From: Sphagnum compactum | Lineage: Eukaryota | Reading direction: 5' to 3' | NCBI GenBank assembly: GCA_965153455.1 | Contig: OZ234493.1 | Span: 29,564,213 to 29,628,212, forward strand | Length of the DNA stretch: 64,000 nucleotides | In this document: positions 14,302 through 28,200 of the stretch, piece by piece | Layout: each line of letters begins with the position of its first letter | How positions within the stretch are numbered: the stretch's first letter is position 1 | Made by a program: the position numbers and the translations under genes | Notes under the pieces: model-generated | Seen by the model: only the letters and a program-made list of their open reading frames with translations | The model's database searches: none | What the model was told of the DNA's origin: nothing

Positions 14302-14495
14302 GACCATATTTTGTGTGTTCTCAGAGGCCTCAGCATGGGCAGCCATGTGAGGGACTCAGGGACAAAAATGGCAAGTAGTGATTGTCAGTCCATTTAAGAC
14401 TTTGATTGCATTTTAGGTAATGAGGATTTTGATTTGGGGGGGAGGGGGGGTTATGTATGTGGTCCCCCCTCTAGTGTTGAGGTGAGAAGGACAAT

Positions 14496-14813
14496 TTGTT
14501 GGCCTAACCTACTACCAAGGCAAAGGATATTGTTGTTGTGTTTAGATTCATTATAGAGTTATAGTAGCTTTAAGGGATTTTGGCCCCTACTAGAGAATAA
14601 TAATAATAGTAATAGGTCTATTATTTTTATATGAGGATTTTTGAAAGATCATATTTTGGCTTAGGTTGTGTTGAAACTTTGAAATTAGTTACAGAGTTAT
14701 AATATCTTGTTTCTTTTAAACGATTATATTTTTGCATGGTGAAATATTTGAGTTTCTGTAATTTTTCTTTTTTTAATCTTTAATATACTTTTTTAATTTA
14801 AATGGCAAAGCCT
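14496..14813 (+). mobile_element. Dispersed element, copy 4 (3' truncated)
   Basis: Direct repeat of copy 1 up to AATGGCAAAGCC. Confidence 0.8.
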
Positions 14814-16902
14814 TAAAACTGGGCTTGGAATTGGGTTCTTGATTTCATTTATGTGTGTGCAATTGGAATCAGAATTGGACCAGAATTTTTTTGAAAACTA
14901 GAACAAGGGGCTAACTGAAGGTTAACTGAAATTTAACTGAAATTTAACTGCAAATTCCAGTTAGGGTTACCCGAAACCAATTGGATTTTTTTTTAATTAA
15001 ATTAAATTAAAGTATTGGATCTTATGCTCCGACCAACCATGTCCAAGGTCACCCCTTTGTTGGTGCGAAAGCACCAACAAAGGAAAGCACCTTCTCAAAG
15101 GAAAACCACCAAGCAAACCCCAAACCAAAAGATGGCTTCTTCCTCATTAGGCAATTTGAACGCCCACCAGCGCCACCATGCAAAATGCTCCATGTGGGAG
15201 GGGGGGCGTGTTGCATTGACGCCGGGTAAAAAGCTCGTTAGGGGATTAATTTTTGCATCTTTCAATGGATGGTATGTGGACAAGAAACGTTTTTTCATTG
15301 TATCACCGTCGCACAACTAACTAACTACAGTGGTTAGCTATGTATAAAAACCATCCACATGTGTTTACCCTATCGTTACCAAAGTGGAAGGAACTATGGT
15401 AAATGACCGAGTTTGTAGTCCCTCAAAAAACTAACTCAATAGACATACATTGTCCCTCAACACCAAACCCTGAATTAGGTAAAGGGGGTTACTAAATAGA
15501 TCTATATTATTAGTTAGTCGAGAGGGTTCTTTGGGGGTGGGTGGGGTCTGTAGTAGTTATTAGGGTTTTGGTTCCAAGTCAATTTTGTGGTGTAGCCAAT
15601 GTGGCTTACCATCCATGGAAAGATTAGCAAAAATGCCCATATGAAAGTACAGATTTTTAATTGTGATATATATATTTTTATTGACATGTTTGTTCAATCA
15701 TTTAAAGAAAATTTTGAAAATTAAATTTGGTGGAACTCTATCTATCACAACCCATTGAAGCAAATGGCAATGCTGCTCATGGTGAGATTTCCAGTCATTT
15801 TCAATGGGGGGAAGATGGGACATTTGTGCTCAAAATTGGTCCTTGTTGCTTAGAGCATGTCTCCAGCAGTGCTCAATATCTATAATGTGATATTTCTCAC
15901 ATCCAAGTTTAGTTATTCCAACCTCACTCATAACACTAATACTGGGACTGCAAATAGGTAGGGGGGGCAAGAAGTGGAAGACTACTAATAGCAAACCACC
16001 TGGACCAATCATTATGATTGCCCCCAATCTCGAACAGGGAGCTGCAGTCTGATCATATTTGTTACACTCTTCTCTGGCAGGTGTTAGACTTTGACTGTGT
16101 GTTTTACCAACCTCAGCAAACTGTACGAAAATGCTGGGCCAAGCCCATTTTGCAGAGCCAAACCGGCATGTTTTGACTTTTCTTCATCCAATTTTACTTT
16201 GCAGGGTCACATATTACTGAGCACTGGGCGGGTTGGACCAGCCCATGTACTCCCCAACCCTCACCTCTCCACACTCCAAAATCCAAGTATGGAACAGCAA
16301 TAAGGTCATTACCATTGTGACCACCCTGTGTTTTACAATATTCCCATAACTGAGGTTGCGAGAGACCCTACTAGTTATGGGAAATTCTTCATAATAGTGT
16401 GTGGTGTTGATGTTAATAGGTAGATTAGTTTGGTTTCCAAGGTAACCAACCGATGGTTTGACTACATGGGTTTTGTGCAATGATTGTTGATGTTCATACA
16501 TATTGGTCACTTCAAGAAATTGATGGTGGTTCCATTTTCATATCAGCATTACCAAGGAAGAGAGTTGCCACGCCAGGAAAGTTGCTTTACACAAAGAGAG
16601 AGAGAGAGAAATATCATTGATTTGACAAAATCCTAATGTGTTTGATAAAGAGAATAAAGCATGCATAAGATTCAAGTTTTTGGGGGTGGTGACATGGAGG
16701 GGGGAAGCAAAATTTTGGAACATTTTGGGATTTTTTTTTTAAAAATTAGTTTAAATTCGACTAATGTTTGGAGAATTTTGTCAAATTTTTAATAACACAA
16801 AATTGGAAAGAAAAACCCCAATAAGGTTGTGCCAAACACATACACTAAGGTCTGAACTAGTGTTGACAAGCATATCCAATGGAACCCTAATATAGGATTA
16901 AT

Positions 16903-17794
16903 TGTCGCAACCCTAGCCTTGGGCTTGCAACCAAGGCGAAGGCTTGCAAAGGTGCGGGCCAAGAGGAAGCTCGGAAGTCACATCTCGTGCTCCCAGGAGT
17001 GCAGGAAAGTGTGAGGGAATGTCCCCTCACACTGCAAAGGGAACCCCCACTTTGGGAGTTGGAGTCTAGGGGACTCTCGAATTTTCATAGATCAATTGCA
17101 GGGGTCAAAACCCAATGGATTGAGGAGTTCTTCATATCATTGAAAAGTTCTTAGAACTTAGATGTCTAAAATGGGCTCGCATGACTCATTTGGACACCGC
17201 TAACACAAACTATGGTCAAAAGAAGGGCCGGACTCAAATTGACAATCTGACTCCCGACCACTAAAAGTTGGGAATCGACCCGACTTCCTTGCGTGCAAAA
17301 GGCATGCGACATACCGTTGGAAATCTCTCAATGAGGGATACAACTTTGCTTCAAACCTCATTTCAATCGGAGGTTTGAACGCAAAGTTATGGGCTCCCAA
17401 AGTCACTGGAAACCCAGCTGTGAGAATTTCGGGACAAAAAGCCATTTGGGTGCAGGCCCTGTGGCCAAGCACAAAATGTACTATATGGGGGAAGGTGGTG
17501 GCTTCCCCCGAATCCGGGCCGTGGTGAGTCTCGTGAGTCCAAATTGCCTGTGGCCCGTCCTAGCACCAAAAGTGCTCCAACTATGCACTAACCAATTTGT
17601 TGTTTGGTTTTGTGCAGATTCCTGTGAATGATTGATAGCTTGTCAATTTTTCCTAATCCCATCCCGGAGCTCCAACACGCCCCTCTACTCCCCAAAGTGT
17701 TGCGAGCCAGGGAGCATGCCCCAACTCCTTACTCTTCCTTTAATTTCAAACCAGACTCATATTTGAAGCTATCAAGGAGCTTGGGAGCACATCA
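16903..17794. mobile_element. Solo-LTR-like element (TG...CA), 892 bp
   Basis: Starts TGTCGCAACC and ends GGAGCACATCA. Flanks TTAAT/CTAAT are a 4/5 match to a 5-bp TSD. It is GC-richer than its flanks and homologous to 22957-23775. Confidence 0.8.
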
Positions 17795-18149
17795 CTAATC
17801 ATGGTCTTGATATCAAAAAATTGATCATATCGTAATAATTAGTGTTATGGGTGTAAGTGTTATCATTCACACACAATTACACACACAAACCTTTTACACT
17901 TACATTCCTTGTCATGTATTTTTTTCAATTACATTTACATTTGGGTAGTGTAAATAGTTTTAACATACACAACTCCATGTAAATTTTTTTGGTTGTGTAA
18001 ATCCATGTAAATGAACTAGGTTTAAAGTTTAGGTTTATGAAAATTGTGTCTATAGTTTGTAACTCCTTATGTTTGCACTTTGCACCATAGCCATTACAAA
18101 CTCGCCATCATCATGCCCAACATGTTCTTCAAGTGAAAAAGACGACCCT

Positions 18150-18885
18150 TTTCCCTCATGGTTTTGCTCCCCTTCTCGTGGTTTTGTTGTGATCTTGGGA
18201 ATGCCTATCATGGTTGTTGTGGTATCTTGTTCCCCTTCATGGGATATGATGTTCGAGGAAGGAATTCAACAACGAGTGCAAAGCTCTTAAATTAAGTTCC
18301 TTAATTGTCATCATCATCACAATCTTCTTAAGGTGAACATGCCCACCTTCATTGCTTTCTTTTGGTTATGCTTGCATTATTGTTCGTGGTTTGTGTGTGT
18401 CTTGGTTTTCATTATAATGATCTTGCTCCCCTTTCATGAAATTTTGGTGTTCAAAGGAGTAACAAGGAGTGCAAAGCTCTTACAACACAAGTGGTTGTCA
18501 TCATAGTGGTGTTTTTTCCAAGTGGGCATGTTCACCTTGTGACCTTTGTCACCTTCTTTTTGTTGTGCTTGCATTGTTGTTTATGGTTTGTGTGCATCTT
18601 GGTCTTAATGACATCATTGTAGGGTCTTGCCTCCTTTCATGGGCGTTTTGGTTTATAGGGAAAAACAACAAGGAAGACAAAGTTCTTGCAATCAAGGTTG
18701 TCATCATGGTTTTCTTCTTAGGTGACCATGTTCACCTTGTGACCTTTGTTGTTTTTTATGCTCTTGCTTACATTGTTGTTCCAATTTGTGTGCATCTTGG
18801 TTTTGATTGTCATTGTTGTGGTGTGTTGCTCCCCCTTCTAGGATTTTGGTGTGCAAAGATGGAGTAGCAAGGAACTTGGAACTCA
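18150..18885. repeat. Degenerate ~185 bp tandem satellite (~4 units); a further unit lies at ~19765-19975
   Basis: Recurring TTGCTCCCCTT...GCAAAGCTCTTA...TTGTCATCA...GGTGAACATGTTCACCTTGTGA. Confidence 0.7.
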
Positions 18886-19974
18886 CATAATGTCAAAACA
18901 TGACATATATGTCTACATCCATCAATAGGTTTGTATTCGTAAACTACAAATGATTAATTACATGGTTAATTACTAAATAGTATGGATAGCTCATTTATTT
19001 ATTAGTCATATTTTTGCCCTTAGTCATAAATTCCATTCATGACCATGACTATAATCATGTAAGCCATATGATTTCATCTTGATCGTTCATCCTTGTTCAT
19101 TGTATATATATATATATGCATTTAATCTAGTTAGTTGTCTCATGATACCTATCCACATGATATGATACCATATGTCAAAGTTTAAACTGCCTAGGCTAGG
19201 TAGGTTAAGCCATCTAGGATAAGTTGCTTACATAGTTTAAATTAGGCAACCCAACCTACCTACCCTAGGTGGCATAGCCTAAAACACTTCAACCTAAATT
19301 AACCACATAAACTACCTTACATAGATTATAGTAAATAGGTTGCAAGAATAAGGATTTGAATGCCTCACCTTCACATTAAGGAGCAAAATTTTTACCATTG
19401 CCCCAACCTTTTTTTATGTAATATAAAATGTAACCACATTTTAACATTAAAAAATTTTAATCTATCTACATCACAAATTTACCATGTAATAATGAAAATC
19501 ATGTGACCATTCATTCATAGATTTGTATATTTATCATACATTAAAAACATGTTTGGGACATGAATAAATGTGTTAATGAATGAAGTACGAACCTATGAAT
19601 GAATAAATGTTGCATGAATTGTGCATCCTCTTATAAATATGTGTGTTAATCATGTTTTCAATGCATGATATTAGTGTGTGAAACGTACGAATTATGAATG
19701 AATAGATTTTGCTTGATTTCCATTGTTAAGTCATAATTAAGTGATCACAATTTACATCACAATTCGTGTGTGTCTTTGTTTTCATCTTGGTCATCATCAT
19801 CATGATGACTTGCTCCTTTTTGTGGATTTAGTGTGTAGTGATAGAGCAACAAGGAGTATGGAGCTTTTATAGTTCAAGTGGTCATCATTGTCATGGTCTT
19901 CTTTTAAGGTGAACATGTTCACCTTGTGATTTATGTTGATTTCTTCTAGTCGTGTTTGCATTGTTCATGGTTTG

Positions 19975-20580
19975 TTGGATTCTTTTGTTCTTGTCATCAA
20001 ATTTTTTTATTGTACATTGGAAGCCTTATCATGTTATAATGGTCTTTTACAAGCAATGACAATACTAAGCACAAGTTGGCAAGGCAATCAAATGCCATGA
20101 TTGAGTCCTTTAGTTTCACCTCCAATATTTTATGTTATGTCAAAGATGAAGGTATTAATTTGGGGAACATGACCATGGCCTTGAAATCAATGATTTTGTG
20201 TGAAGCATCGAGTTTGCTTGTTCCATTTGATGGTGCATGTTTTGAACATGTCATGAGTACGGGGGTTCAATATGCTACTAATGACAACAAGGTCTCTAAT
20301 TAGTTAATGTGAAATTTGCTTAAGTGTTCTTTAATATCGCATTACAAGGTTGAAAAGGTTAGGTATGTTGCCAATCTTCATTTTTGTAGTGCATTCATTT
20401 GCAAGTTGTGAAGTTTACACTAAGACTAATGTTCTTCCATTCTCATTTTGCATTGTAGGCAAGGGGGCAAAAAGGTGGAGGCATGTTTGTATAGATTATG
20501 GTTTATTTAAATGGAAATTAGCAACATTGGCAAAAAAATATCACACGCATCCAAGTTGTCATGTTTAATCAATGTTTTAT
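19975..20580 (+). mobile_element. Decayed hAT transposase fragment
   Basis: LCYVKDEGINLGNMT...ACFEHVMSTGVQYATND matches the same motifs as the 49200-50770 remnant (catalytic D and CxxH regions). Confidence 0.65.
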
Positions 20581-21894
20581 TTATCAAGATGTAATTTTAA
20601 TGTGTTGCAACTATCAGACAAAGGCCTTGACTAATGGATGCATTTTTCTATTAGGAGTCACAAATGCTCACTTGATCAAATTTTATAAGGAATTAATACT
20701 TTAATTAAAATGGCCATGGCTAAATGATTGGTCATTTAATATTTTTAGAAACATGATTTACATGTCAACATAATTTATAAAATAATTATGACCTAAAAAG
20801 ATGTTACATATATTAATATGTAAAATTTTATTACCAACAATTCCCATAAATATGTCATTGAAAACAAATTAAAGACCTTCAAGGAGTCCACTAACTATTG
20901 AAAACACACATTACACACAATATTAGAAATGATTTTGGGTACTTTATACCCTTTAGATTCATTTCAAACTTTTCTATGTTTTCATTTAACACGCTAGTAA
21001 TATTGTTGTGCAAGTTTATCCAAAAATTTCAACATCAATTTCATTTATGAATTGAGACAATGAAAAAATCAACCATTTGTTTCTAATCACAATATTCGGA
21101 ACCAAAAACCATTTAGATTTTATTGAAAACTATCAAATTTTGTCTATCCATAAATTGATGCACTTCCACATGATTTATGCATTACCATGTGAATCATGGT
21201 AATCATGGGAAGTTGTACTAAATGACTTTAACATGAATGCTGAAATTTTGAAAATAAATTTTCATTTAATTTAATTTTAAGTTTTGGTTTTAGTTGATCA
21301 ATTTTGAACTTGGATAATAGCTCTATTAAATGATGATTTGTTTTTAAAGGACCAAGCTAAGGATTATTTTATTTAAAAAATTGATTATAAAAAAGTAAAA
21401 AAAACAATAACCTACTATCCACACTCAAGAAACACTCCCAATGTAAAGGTTGTGGAATTGATTTTTTATAAAAATTATGTACGTTTTACAATCTCAAATC
21501 TTCACAAGTATTTTACCACATGTAAATTAAGTGTCTACATGTACATGACATATAAAATCAAGTTGTAGCTTATATTCAAAAAATATACTTATAAAATTTA
21601 AAAGACTTAGAGAATAAAAGCTTCTAAAGGAATAGTTGATGTGAGTTTTAAAAATATGCATATAACATAAGTTTTTTAAAAACATAAGTGGCAAAAACTT
21701 CTGTAGAAGATGTGATTTCATCTCATGCTCAACTTGCATTATGTTTTGTTCAAGCAAAAGAGTTTTTTAATTCTTGTTCATTGTTGAGTTCATTGTTTAT
21801 CAAGTTAATATAATTTTCTTCAAGTAGTATTTGTGTCTTATCCTTAACAATTTGGCAAAATTGTTTATTATTTTGTTGTGTTTTTTGGTGAATC

Positions 21895-24800
21895 ACCATG
21901 GAAAACTCCAATGTCACAAATATTACAACATTGCATAATAATCAATAACAAATCCAAAACTTTATGAAATGAACATTCAAAACTTCGAGCAAATTGGCCT
22001 CAAGCTTTAATTCTTGTTCTACAAGACATCCAACTTCAAATCCAAGAGGTTCACAAAGCCAACAAGAACCACCTAAAAACTTCAAGGATTTTTCCACTTC
22101 CACAAAAATTTGTAAAAGGATTCAAAATTAACATGCCCAATTTTTTTGATGGAACAAGGTCAAAATTTTGAAGTTTTATTCAACATTTCATGTCCTCATC
22201 CACTTGCAAAACAATTGATACCCCGATTATGTTTGCCAAGTTGGATTGGTTGGGATACTACTTTTAAGAATAACATTGTCACATTGTTTGAAACACATTC
22301 ACCAATATTGTATGATTCTGATGCGTTTTTAACATAATTTAATGCACATTTGGTGAAGCCAATCATAAAGGGTTGTAGACACACCAAAAAAAAATAAAAA
22401 AATCCTAGATCAAGGATTTTGTCTTGCATCAATTTATCTTACGAAATTCTGGCAATTAGCATGCAATGTCAATTGAAATGAAAAAGTTACATCAACCAAT
22501 TACATTGGGGTCTATGAAATGATTTGAATGACCTCATGTTCACAATGCCAAAAGTGAATGCCCTAAGTGGATTCATCATTCAAGCCATTGCACATGATAA
22601 TTGGTTATTTGAAAGACAATAAGAAAAGAGAATTTGATCTTTTACAAGGCCATTCACGAACACATTTGCAAATATTTAATTTGCATTTCATAAACAATAA
22701 TGGGTGATAATCCTATACAAATGGATGTTGCATGATTCAAGCCTTCCATTCAAAATGATGAACAATGTTGACAACAATTAAAACTTTGCTTGCATTATGG
22801 AAACCTAAGCATGTTGCACAAAAATGTTCAAACAAGAAAAGATACAAGGTTTGAAGCATAATCCTTGTTAAGAAAATATAAATGGAAAATGAATTTGTCT
22901 AAATTCAATAGGGATCTCATCATTGGACAACAATAATTAAAGGGAAACAAAAGGAGTGTCGCAACCCCACTTTGGGCAAAGTGTGAGGATGCAACTCACA
23001 CTCCCAAAGTTGGGGACTTGGAGTCCTCCGGGACTCCCGAAAACTCAGAGTTCGATTGCAGGGGTCAAAACACCTCTCATTGGAGAGTTTTTTATACCGT
23101 TGGAAAGGTCTTAAAGAGTAGATGTCCAAAATGGGCTCGCATGAGCCATTTGAAGATCTGCAGCACAAGTTATGGGCAAAAGAAGGGCTGGGAGTCAAAC
23201 TGGCAGTTTGACTTCCGACCACTAAAAGTTGGGAATCGACCCGATCCCGGTGCATGCAGGTGAAGTGCGACACACCGTTGAAAAGATCTCAAGGAGAACT
23301 ACAAGATTGCTTTAGACTTCATCTCAATCGGAGGTTTGAGCTGGGAGTTATGAGCTTCCAAAGTCCCTGGAGTCCAAATCGGGACAGTTTCGAGACTCCT
23401 CCTTGGGAGTCCCGGGACAAAAAGCCATTCGGATGCGGGTGTCGCGGGCGAACGTAGAGAATACTATATGGGGGAAGGTGGTGGCTTCCCCCGAGTCCGG
23501 GGCGTGGTGAATCTTGTGAGTCCAGAGTTGCCCGTGGCTTGTCCTAGCACCAAGATGGATCCAGAATGTGAACTAACCAACTTGTGGTTAGTTTTGACGC
23601 AGATTCGAGTAAGTGAATAGCTTGTCACTCTTCCTAGTCCATCCCGAGGCTTCAGCACGCCCCTCTACCCCTATTAGTGCTGAAAGCTGGGAGTGTGCCC
23701 CGAGTCCTTCCCTTTTCCGCAACTTGAACAAGTTAGCCCCATCTTGGGACTAACTAGGGACTTGGGAATGCGTCAGTCTAGTTCTACTTCTTGATTATGT
23801 ATTTTGTTTCATGGTCCTTACATACATGCATATTACCAAATGAATCATACATGTGAAAGCATTAATAATCAATGGTGCAATAACATATTCCATTGTTGAA
23901 GATTTTGGGTGACAAAAATACCTTTAACTACTATGGAAATCAAAATTGACAGCTTGCAAAGTAAATGATAAGCATCCCTTTCCTTTAATGATGTGACCCA
24001 TAAGGCTCAACCTTTAGAGGTACACATGAATAAACTTGTAGTTTGTTTCAAAATCATGTTCAACATCATCGAGTCCAATCATTTTGGGACTTTCATGGCC
24101 CAAAAGACCTAACCCAAATATAGTTGGCCAATAGAGAAAATATATTTCATGATTGATCATCACCCAAAATTAAAATCTACTTGATTAATATTCATTGGAA
24201 CAAATTTATTTTTTCAAGTAGAAAACATTGGCACACCCTTTATGGTTTATGCTACCCAAAAAAAAATTGTTGAAGAAAAAAATGCAAACATTCTTTGAAC
24301 AAAATATCAAAACTACGAGGATGTATTTGAGAAGGAAAATGTTGACATATTACCACAACAATGACCATACAATTGTGCGATTGCATTACAAGAAGGCACG
24401 CAACCACCATTTGGACCCATTTACAATTTCCCACAAAATGAGTTGTTGAGCTACAAACTCATATTGACAAAAATATTTTCAAGAAATTCATACAATGTTA
24501 AAAATCACATGCAAGTGCACCAATATTGTTTTTGAAGGAAACAATGGGACTTTCCACATGTGTCAATAATCATGGCCTCATCAAAATTATCGTAAAAAAT
24601 TACTATCATTTTTTATTTCAAAACCTCTTGAGCAACTCAATCGAATAAAATTATTCACCAAAAAATTTGAAAGGTGCCTACAATCTTGTACATATAAAAG
24701 AAGGTGATGAGTAGAAAACAACATTTCACATAAAGTATGGCCATTTTGAATACACTATCATGTCTTTTGGTTTTAGAAATGGCCTTGCAATTTTTCAACA

Positions 24801-25200
24801 CATAATGAATGACATATTTAAAAAATTCCTAAACAACTTTATGGTCATTTACTTGGATGACATCTTGGTATTTTCCAATAACTCAAAGGAATAGAAAAAA
24901 ATCTACATTTTGTCCTCAAAAAACATCAAGAGATAAAGGTATGCAAAAATGGTGAAATGTCCTTGTCAAACAAAGGTCTCGATTAGGCTATATCATCTTC
25001 AACAATGGCTTGTCAATATATCCAAAGAAAATTTGGACCATCATCAATTTGCAAACCCTATTTTCAATTCCCAAATTATTATTTTCTTGGATTTGCATAT
25101 GTTTGTCAAATTTTTACCAAAAACTACTCAAGGAATACTACCCTTTTCACACAACTTAGTTAGTTGAAAAATGGACATGTTGGTTGAAAAATGCCCACAC
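21895..25200 (+). mobile_element. Decayed Ty3/Gypsy gag-pol (gag, protease, RT), interrupted by the 22957-23775 element
   Basis: gag-like MPNFFDGTRSKF (~22133), degenerate zinc knuckle (~22790-22830), LLD protease start (~23785), RT motifs PPFGP, APILF, EGDE*KT.F...YGHFEY..MSFG (~24700-24770) and VIYLDDILVF (~24844-24873). Confidence 0.85.
22957..23775. mobile_element. Solo-LTR-like element, same family, 819 bp, nested in a Gypsy remnant
   Basis: Starts TGTCGCAACC and ends GGAATGCGTCA. Shares long blocks with 16903-17794 (e.g. CCACTAAAAGTTGGGAATCGACCCGA and ATATGGGGGAAGGTGGTGGCTTCCCCCGA). Confidence 0.8.
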
Positions 25201-28200
25201 ACATACAATGATTGATGTTTAGGTTAGGAAAAAAAAATCATTTTCATTTAAATGACATGGAATGAAAACATGTATTTTTTTATTGTTCAATTTTTTGTTT
25301 GAATATTTTTTAAATAAACTGATTAAAACCAGCAAAGTTTTATTTTTTATGATTATGTGAAATTATAAGAACTTCTAGTTTATACATGTAATGAATTAAA
25401 ATATTTGTGCATTTGCAATATCATCCATTATTTTCTACATAAGAATATTATGTTGTTAAGTTATTAGTTTCTATGCAACTGTAATGAATTATTGATTATG
25501 AACTTTGATGATGCAAGTCCCAAAACATTTAAGTTCAATGCACTTCTATGCTAAAACAACAAAGGCAAAGGTAAGTTTACATTTCAAGCCCAATGTAATT
25601 CTATTTTGCTTATAACACTTTATTTTGAATTTAAATGATTGAGTGTAAATGTAGAATTTGTAGTCTAATCATTGTATGCCTATGATGTGTTGTTTGTGTT
25701 AAAATTTGGTGAGAACTTAAGCATGTGACAATGTGTGTGTGTTGCTTATAAATTAAAATGTAGTCATAGGATATGGTTATTTGATTTTCACAATATAAAC
25801 ACCCAAATATGGACATAAAAAAATAATCAAATTCCAAATCAATAAAAGTGAGTGGAAATGGACAAGTGGGTACATTCATGCTAATAAAAGCCAATTGTGG
25901 ACCTTTAATGACTACTTATTTTCAAAATATTTCAAAATATTTTAGGAATATTCCATTTGTAAGCTAGAAAAAATGATTAAAATAATCTTATCACCCAAAA
26001 AAATGTTGCATTATACTATTATGTAAAGATGTATTTGAAAAATTTCCTCAAAAATGTATTTCATTTTCAAATAATTTAAGAGTTCATTAAGCAGTGACAA
26101 ACATTAATTTGTTCTAGGAATGTTTTCGAATAATTTATTATCATTAAATGCATTTCAAATTATTTCACATGTGTCCATTATATATTTGAAACATTATGAT
26201 GTGAACACATTAAAAAAGTTTACAACATTAATATTATTTTTGGCACAAAAAAAATCAATTGTTGGTTACACAACCATTGACTTTTATTAGCTTGAATGTA
26301 CCCAAACCTAGTTATATGATGAGATTATGATATGTTGTTTATATTGTATTTTGATAATAAATGAATGATGACATTGTTTGTACATTATTTTTTTAATTAC
26401 AAAATAATTTACTAGGTTTCAAATATGGACCTTAAATTGTTTTTCACATTGCAATGAAGTTATTCTTACATTGATGTGCAAACATCATTTCACATTTGAT
26501 AGTTTTCAAAATATCAACTAACTTTTGAATAGATACAAGTTGAACCTTTTAACATTAGATACAAATAGATATTAAATAAAATATTTGATAGTAATAATTT
26601 TAACTAATTGTAGCTAACTTTGCATTAAAAATGCAAAGAAACTACATACTATAAAAAAGGTGGATTTCTTAACATTACATAATAATAAAATAGGATATTT
26701 GATAGTAATAGTTGTAATATATTATAACTTAACATTAAAGACATAAAGAAAGTACATACCATCAAAAAGGACCGTGAACTACCAAAATGTTCATGAGTAT
26801 TGTATTTTTTAACATTGAATATATATTAATACACATAATTAAATTATTGAAACAAAATGTTTGTCATTATTTGTGCAATGCAACTTATGCAATGTCATTC
26901 CAAATGGACATGTTAGTTGTAAAATAGTTCTGTCAACAAATTAATAAATTCTAAATTAGAATTACATTAATTCAAGTTATAACAAAATATTGTTGGCAAA
27001 TCCATTAGTCACCAAATAAATAATTCGATAATGCATTAATTGTAATTTAATTATAATTGACATCAATAGATTTTGTTCATCTATGGACAAATGAAAAGCC
27101 ACATAAGCAATATTTTCATTCATGGTTATTTTGTTGGGAAACCTATGTGAACACCCTAGTTGCAAGTTAATTACAATATTAGACATCAACACATTTCAAT
27201 GAATGAAAAACCACATAAACATTCCATTTGTTTATGGGTAGTTTGCATGGGAAACCTACGTGGACACCCTAGTTAACGCATGGAATTGAACATATTTGAA
27301 TAAATTTATTTTTTCATATATAGTGAATTTTGTCTAATGCAATTAATGCAACTTGTCCAATAACATTCATGTCATAGAAATACCTAGAGTTGCAAGTGTC
27401 TAGTGTAACTCAAAAATGTAATTGGAAGCCAAGTTGCAAACCCCCCGCCCCCTATTTTTTCATAGTGGTTTTAGAAATTTGATAATTGTATCTAAAAAAT
27501 CTTTGAAATATTTGAATGTCCCATAAAAGTGAAAGAAACATTTTTTTTAATTCCAAAAAATTTAGATACTATATAAATGGTGAAAAAAAAATCCGACTAG
27601 TTCATCTTGTAATCATTGATGTGAAATTATAAAGGTTGAAATCACATCATCCAAAAGACAAAAAAATTGCTTACATATCTTCTAGATGACACGCTTCAAT
27701 TGTATTGTTTCAACCAAAAAGTTCATGCCAATGACTTTGATATGAAAAGCCATTTGAATTATGAAAATGTTAATGAATCAATTACACTTGTTGTTTAATA
27801 GCCAACCTTGAAATTAAACATGCCTATGAAGGCTATCCAAAAGCCATATTTGGAAAACATTTTACAAATGAAAATGTAATTGTATTTGCTTGGTCTTTGA
27901 TATAGAAAGTATCATTCATTATTGTTGGTTGGAATGACCATGAATGTTTTATTCCAAAAAAACAATGATCTTACATTCTAAAAACTATGTGACACATTTT
28001 TCATTTTTTCAGATTATGATTGATTTTCATCACTCCCTATGGAATGTGTTGTTATCAGAAGAGGTAATGTCACATAAATTAAACAATAAATGAATTTTTA
28101 TAAATATTTTTGAAGGAATATGCTTAAAACTTTCCAAAAGTATTATAATAATTTTTTTAAGAGATTCAAATGATATGTTTATAAGTTTTTTAAAAGTATA

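Noticed and set aside
17200..23658. ORFs inside the two LTR-like elements
   Set aside because: They are short, occur in several frames, are not conserved in frame between the two copies, and show no domain motifs.
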